A stretch of 64,000 bases of DNA from Candidatus Latescibacterota bacterium. Its GTDB lineage: Bacteria > Latescibacterota > UBA2968. Below, one piece after another: positions 61,803 to 64,000 of this stretch. The stretch spans positions 3,456,001 to 3,520,000 of the forward strand of contig OZ242311.1 of NCBI GenBank assembly GCA_965207885.1. Direction: 5' to 3'. The notes under the pieces were generated by a model that saw nothing but the letters and a program-made list of their open reading frames with translations, was not told the origin of the DNA and searched no databases. A program made the position numbers and the translations under genes. How positions within the stretch are numbered: the first letter of the stretch is position 1; each line of letters starts with the position of its first letter.

Positions 61803-61842
61803 AAAAAGCCTTTGAAGCGCGTGTCTTCAGAGGCTTTTTTTT
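61803..61842 (+). terminator. intrinsic (possibly bidirectional) terminator
   Basis: AAAAAGCCTTTGAAG / CTTCAGAGGCTTTTT followed by T run. Confidence 0.8.
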
Positions 61843-61906
61843 ATTATCTAACGCCAAAACTTGATTTGTCTGAAGTTGTTATATACATTGATGTACAGGA
61901 GGAAAA

Positions 61907-62140
61907 ATGAAAATTATTACATCCACTGAATTCCGTCAGCATGTGGCGGCGTGTTTAAATGCTGTTGAACGGGGCGAGACGTTTCGTATATTGCGGCACG
62001 GTAAACCTGTTGCCGATCTAAAACCCATAAAAACAAACAACACTGTACCTTCCTGGAAACGGTGTATTGAACCGATCACACTAAAAGGTATTTCTGTATC
62101 GGATATGATAGTAAAAGAAAGAGATGAGTACGGACGATGA
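61907..62140 (+). CDS. Phd/YefM family antitoxin
   Basis: TEFRQH....L..VE.GE...I.RHGKPVA.L.P; AGGAGG SD. Confidence 0.88.
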   Translation: MKIITSTEFRQHVAACLNAVERGETFRILRHGKPVADLKPIKTNNTVPSWKRCIEPITLKGISVSDMIVKERDEYGR

Positions 62141-62189
62141 ATGCTTTTTTTAAAGTCACTATTTACCGAGACCCAATAGGAGGCAAGCG

Positions 62190-62759
62190 ATGGACGTTTT
62201 GGAAGCTATTCACACGCGGCGCACAATTTTTAAGTTCAAACCGGGTGGTGTGCCCAAAGATGTAATTGAAAAAACTTTTGAGGCCGGCCTTTGGGCACCA
62301 AATCACCATTTAACAGAACCGTGGCGATTTGTAGTCCTGGGAGAAGAAACCAAAGAAATACTGGCGCAACGCTACAGCGAAATTCAGGAAGAAAAAGCGG
62401 CTGAAGGTGCGAGTGATGAAGCCAGGCAGATATTAAAAGAGGCCGGTTATGCCAAGTTCATGTCAAAGCCCACAATTATTGCAGTGGCATGTCTGCAGGA
62501 TGGTGATGACATCAAGAACAGAGAAGATTATGCAGCCGCGTGTTGCGCCATGCAAAATGTACAGTTGGCTGCCTGGGCAGAAGGGGTTGGCATGCAGTGG
62601 AGTACGGGGCCGATTACGCTGGAAGAAAACACCTACAAATTGCTGGATGTAGATATCGAGACCGAATACATCATCGGATTTTTCTATACTGGATATCCGG
62701 ATGAAATACCAGAACCGAGGCGCAAACCCCTCGAAGAGGTGCTGAGCTGGACGGATTGA
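62190..62759 (+). CDS. nitroreductase family protein
   Basis: AIHTRRTI, APNHHLTEPWRF, QN..LAAWA.G.G..WSTG. Confidence 0.92.
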   Translation: MDVLEAIHTRRTIFKFKPGGVPKDVIEKTFEAGLWAPNHHLTEPWRFVVLGEETKEILAQRYSEIQEEKAAEGASDEARQILKEAGYAKFMSKPTIIAVACLQDGDDIKNREDYAAACCAMQNVQLAAWAEGVGMQWSTGPITLEENTYKLLDVDIETEYIIGFFYTGYPDEIPEPRRKPLEEVLSWTD

Positions 62760-62770
62760 TTCCGCTAACC

Positions 62771-63589
62771 ATGAATGGCTTTGAATTTTTTGTTCTCTAT
62801 CGCCTGCCCTATTTCGCATTGCCTTTCTATCTCATCATGTTAGGCGTGCGAATATGGGTATGGATGCGGTTTTACAACCCCGCGCTCAAGCTATTGCCAC
62901 GAGCCAGGAGATCTGTATATGGCGTGTGGAAGCAGCAGTACCGCCCAACCATTCACATTTTTCCCGGACCGCGCTCAAAAAATACAGAATGGAAGCGCGC
63001 GATAAAAGGCTTTATTTTTTTTACTGGTCTCTATAAGCGCGACAAAATACTGTGGCTGGGCTCCTGGTCCCTCCATTTGGGACTGTTTCTGGTAATTGTA
63101 GCTCATGTCCGCGTGATTTTGCCGCTCGACCTGGACCCAATCTGTTTGCGCATCGCATTGATCGGCAGTGGATTGATGACTGTGTCGGGCACTTATTTAT
63201 TGGTCCGTCGGATAATCGTTCAGCGCGTGCGAGAAATTACGGACTTTCGGGATTATCTGGCGGAATTTATTCTCCTGTCCTTTTCTGCGACAGCATTTCT
63301 CGTCGTATTAGACGGTGGCGTGTCATCCGAAGCCTTGCGCCACTATGTGTCTGGCCTATTGACAGGCACCTCGGCAGTTATTGAAGGACAACGCATTTTT
63401 GTGTGGCACTTGCTCGCCGCACAACTCTTATTGGTTGTGATCCCCTTTTCCCATCTATTGCATCTGGGCGGAATTTTTTGGAGCCGCGAATTTTTGGGTA
63501 CATCCGATACATTTGCGGGAGAATTTGGATCGGGATTTTCAGGATTAAAGGATGGACAGGATGAAAAACCACTAACCACTAACCACTAA
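62771..63589 (+). CDS. NarI/DsrM-like membrane b-type cytochrome
   Basis: About 5 TM helices with His pattern SLH..VAH.R, WH, PFSHLLH; RR...RVREI..F.DY. Confidence 0.8.
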   Translation: MNGFEFFVLYRLPYFALPFYLIMLGVRIWVWMRFYNPALKLLPRARRSVYGVWKQQYRPTIHIFPGPRSKNTEWKRAIKGFIFFTGLYKRDKILWLGSWSLHLGLFLVIVAHVRVILPLDLDPICLRIALIGSGLMTVSGTYLLVRRIIVQRVREITDFRDYLAEFILLSFSATAFLVVLDGGVSSEALRHYVSGLLTGTSAVIEGQRIFVWHLLAAQLLLVVIPFSHLLHLGGIFWSREFLGTSDTFAGEFGSGFSGLKDGQDEKPLTTNH

Positions 63590-63594
63590 CCACT
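63567..63594 (+). repeat. perfect heptamer tandem repeat (AACCACT x4)
   Basis: Seen directly; contains the stop codon of the upstream gene. Confidence 0.9.
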
Positions 63595-63608
63595 TGAGAA
63601 TCAAAAAA

Positions 63609-64000
63609 TTGGAAAATCCAGATCAAACAGAACGCGAAAAAAAATACATTCCAACAGGCCTGGCTGGCACGTATATGCGACGCATTGCCGAATCAGACCC
63701 ATTTGTCCGAGAGATTCAAGATGAACCATCGGCATTGCGCCTGTACATGGATACGTGTACCAAATGCGGGGTGTGCGCACAGGAATGCCCGGTGTATTAT
63801 GGGCAGCCCGATAAGCGCATGCATCCGGTGGAACGCTCTCGGCAGGTGATTCGTTTATACAAAAAGTACACGACATTTTGGGGGCGATTTTGGAACGCCA
63901 TTTTTCCAAAGCCCGATTTTGAAAATAACGATGCCGAGTTATTTGCCGAGCGCATGTACGAGTGTTTGACGTGTCGGCGATGTGCGGCATTTTGTCCTGT
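63609..64000 (+). CDS. DsrK/HdrD-like Fe-S oxidoreductase (3' truncated; start uncertain)
   Basis: Not in the ORF track. Manual translation: LRLYMDTCTKCGVCAQECP...YKKYTT.WGR...YECLTCRRCAAFCP (two CxxCxxCxxxCP motifs); alternative starts 63594 and 63675. Confidence 0.8.
   Translation, partial: MENPDQTEREKKYIPTGLAGTYMRRIAESDPFVREIQDEPSALRLYMDTCTKCGVCAQECPVYYGQPDKRMHPVERSRQVIRLYKKYTTFWGRFWNAIFPKPDFENNDAELFAERMYECLTCRRCAAFCP

Noticed and set aside
63567-63594. CRISPR-like array
   Set aside because: 7-bp tandem units without spacers and no cas genes.
63601-63990. 129-aa minus-strand ORF
   Set aside because: The plus strand encodes a clear two-cluster Fe-S protein here.

Overview
Gene-dense bacterial chromosomal window with no transposase, integrase, phage gene, rRNA or CRISPR array seen. 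About 1-50 kb is a catabolic mosaic: 5 PhyH-type Fe/2OG oxygenases, 4 mandelate-racemase/enolase-superfamily enzymes, 3 sulfatases (one at 56-57 kb), 3 PLP enzymes, tandem ceramidase-like paralogs, a PL15-like lyase, several dehydrogenases, four ABC half-exporters, a HlyD-like adaptor, a MacB-type permease and a DUF6785/6784-like membrane protein. It also holds a zinc-ribbon-fused DEAD-box helicase, a Schlafen/AlbA_2 protein and tRNA-Glu. About 50-64 kb carries proS, glnS, tRNA-Gln, a CocE hydrolase, a GWxTD/TPR protein, a sigma70, an orphan antitoxin, a nitroreductase and a truncated DsrMK-like module. The family mix suggests (inference only) a Latescibacterota/Gemmatimonadota/Poribacteria-like marine or sponge-associated heterotroph. 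Best candidates for novelty: three oxygenases with a halogenase-like HxG iron site, linked to a DUF6785-ABC-ABC-HlyD transport locus; a 33-bp promoter duplicated 9.7 kb apart; a Schlafen protein with an unusual C-terminal domain; heptamer arrays that supply stop codons. All family calls come from motif recognition by eye, not from database searches.
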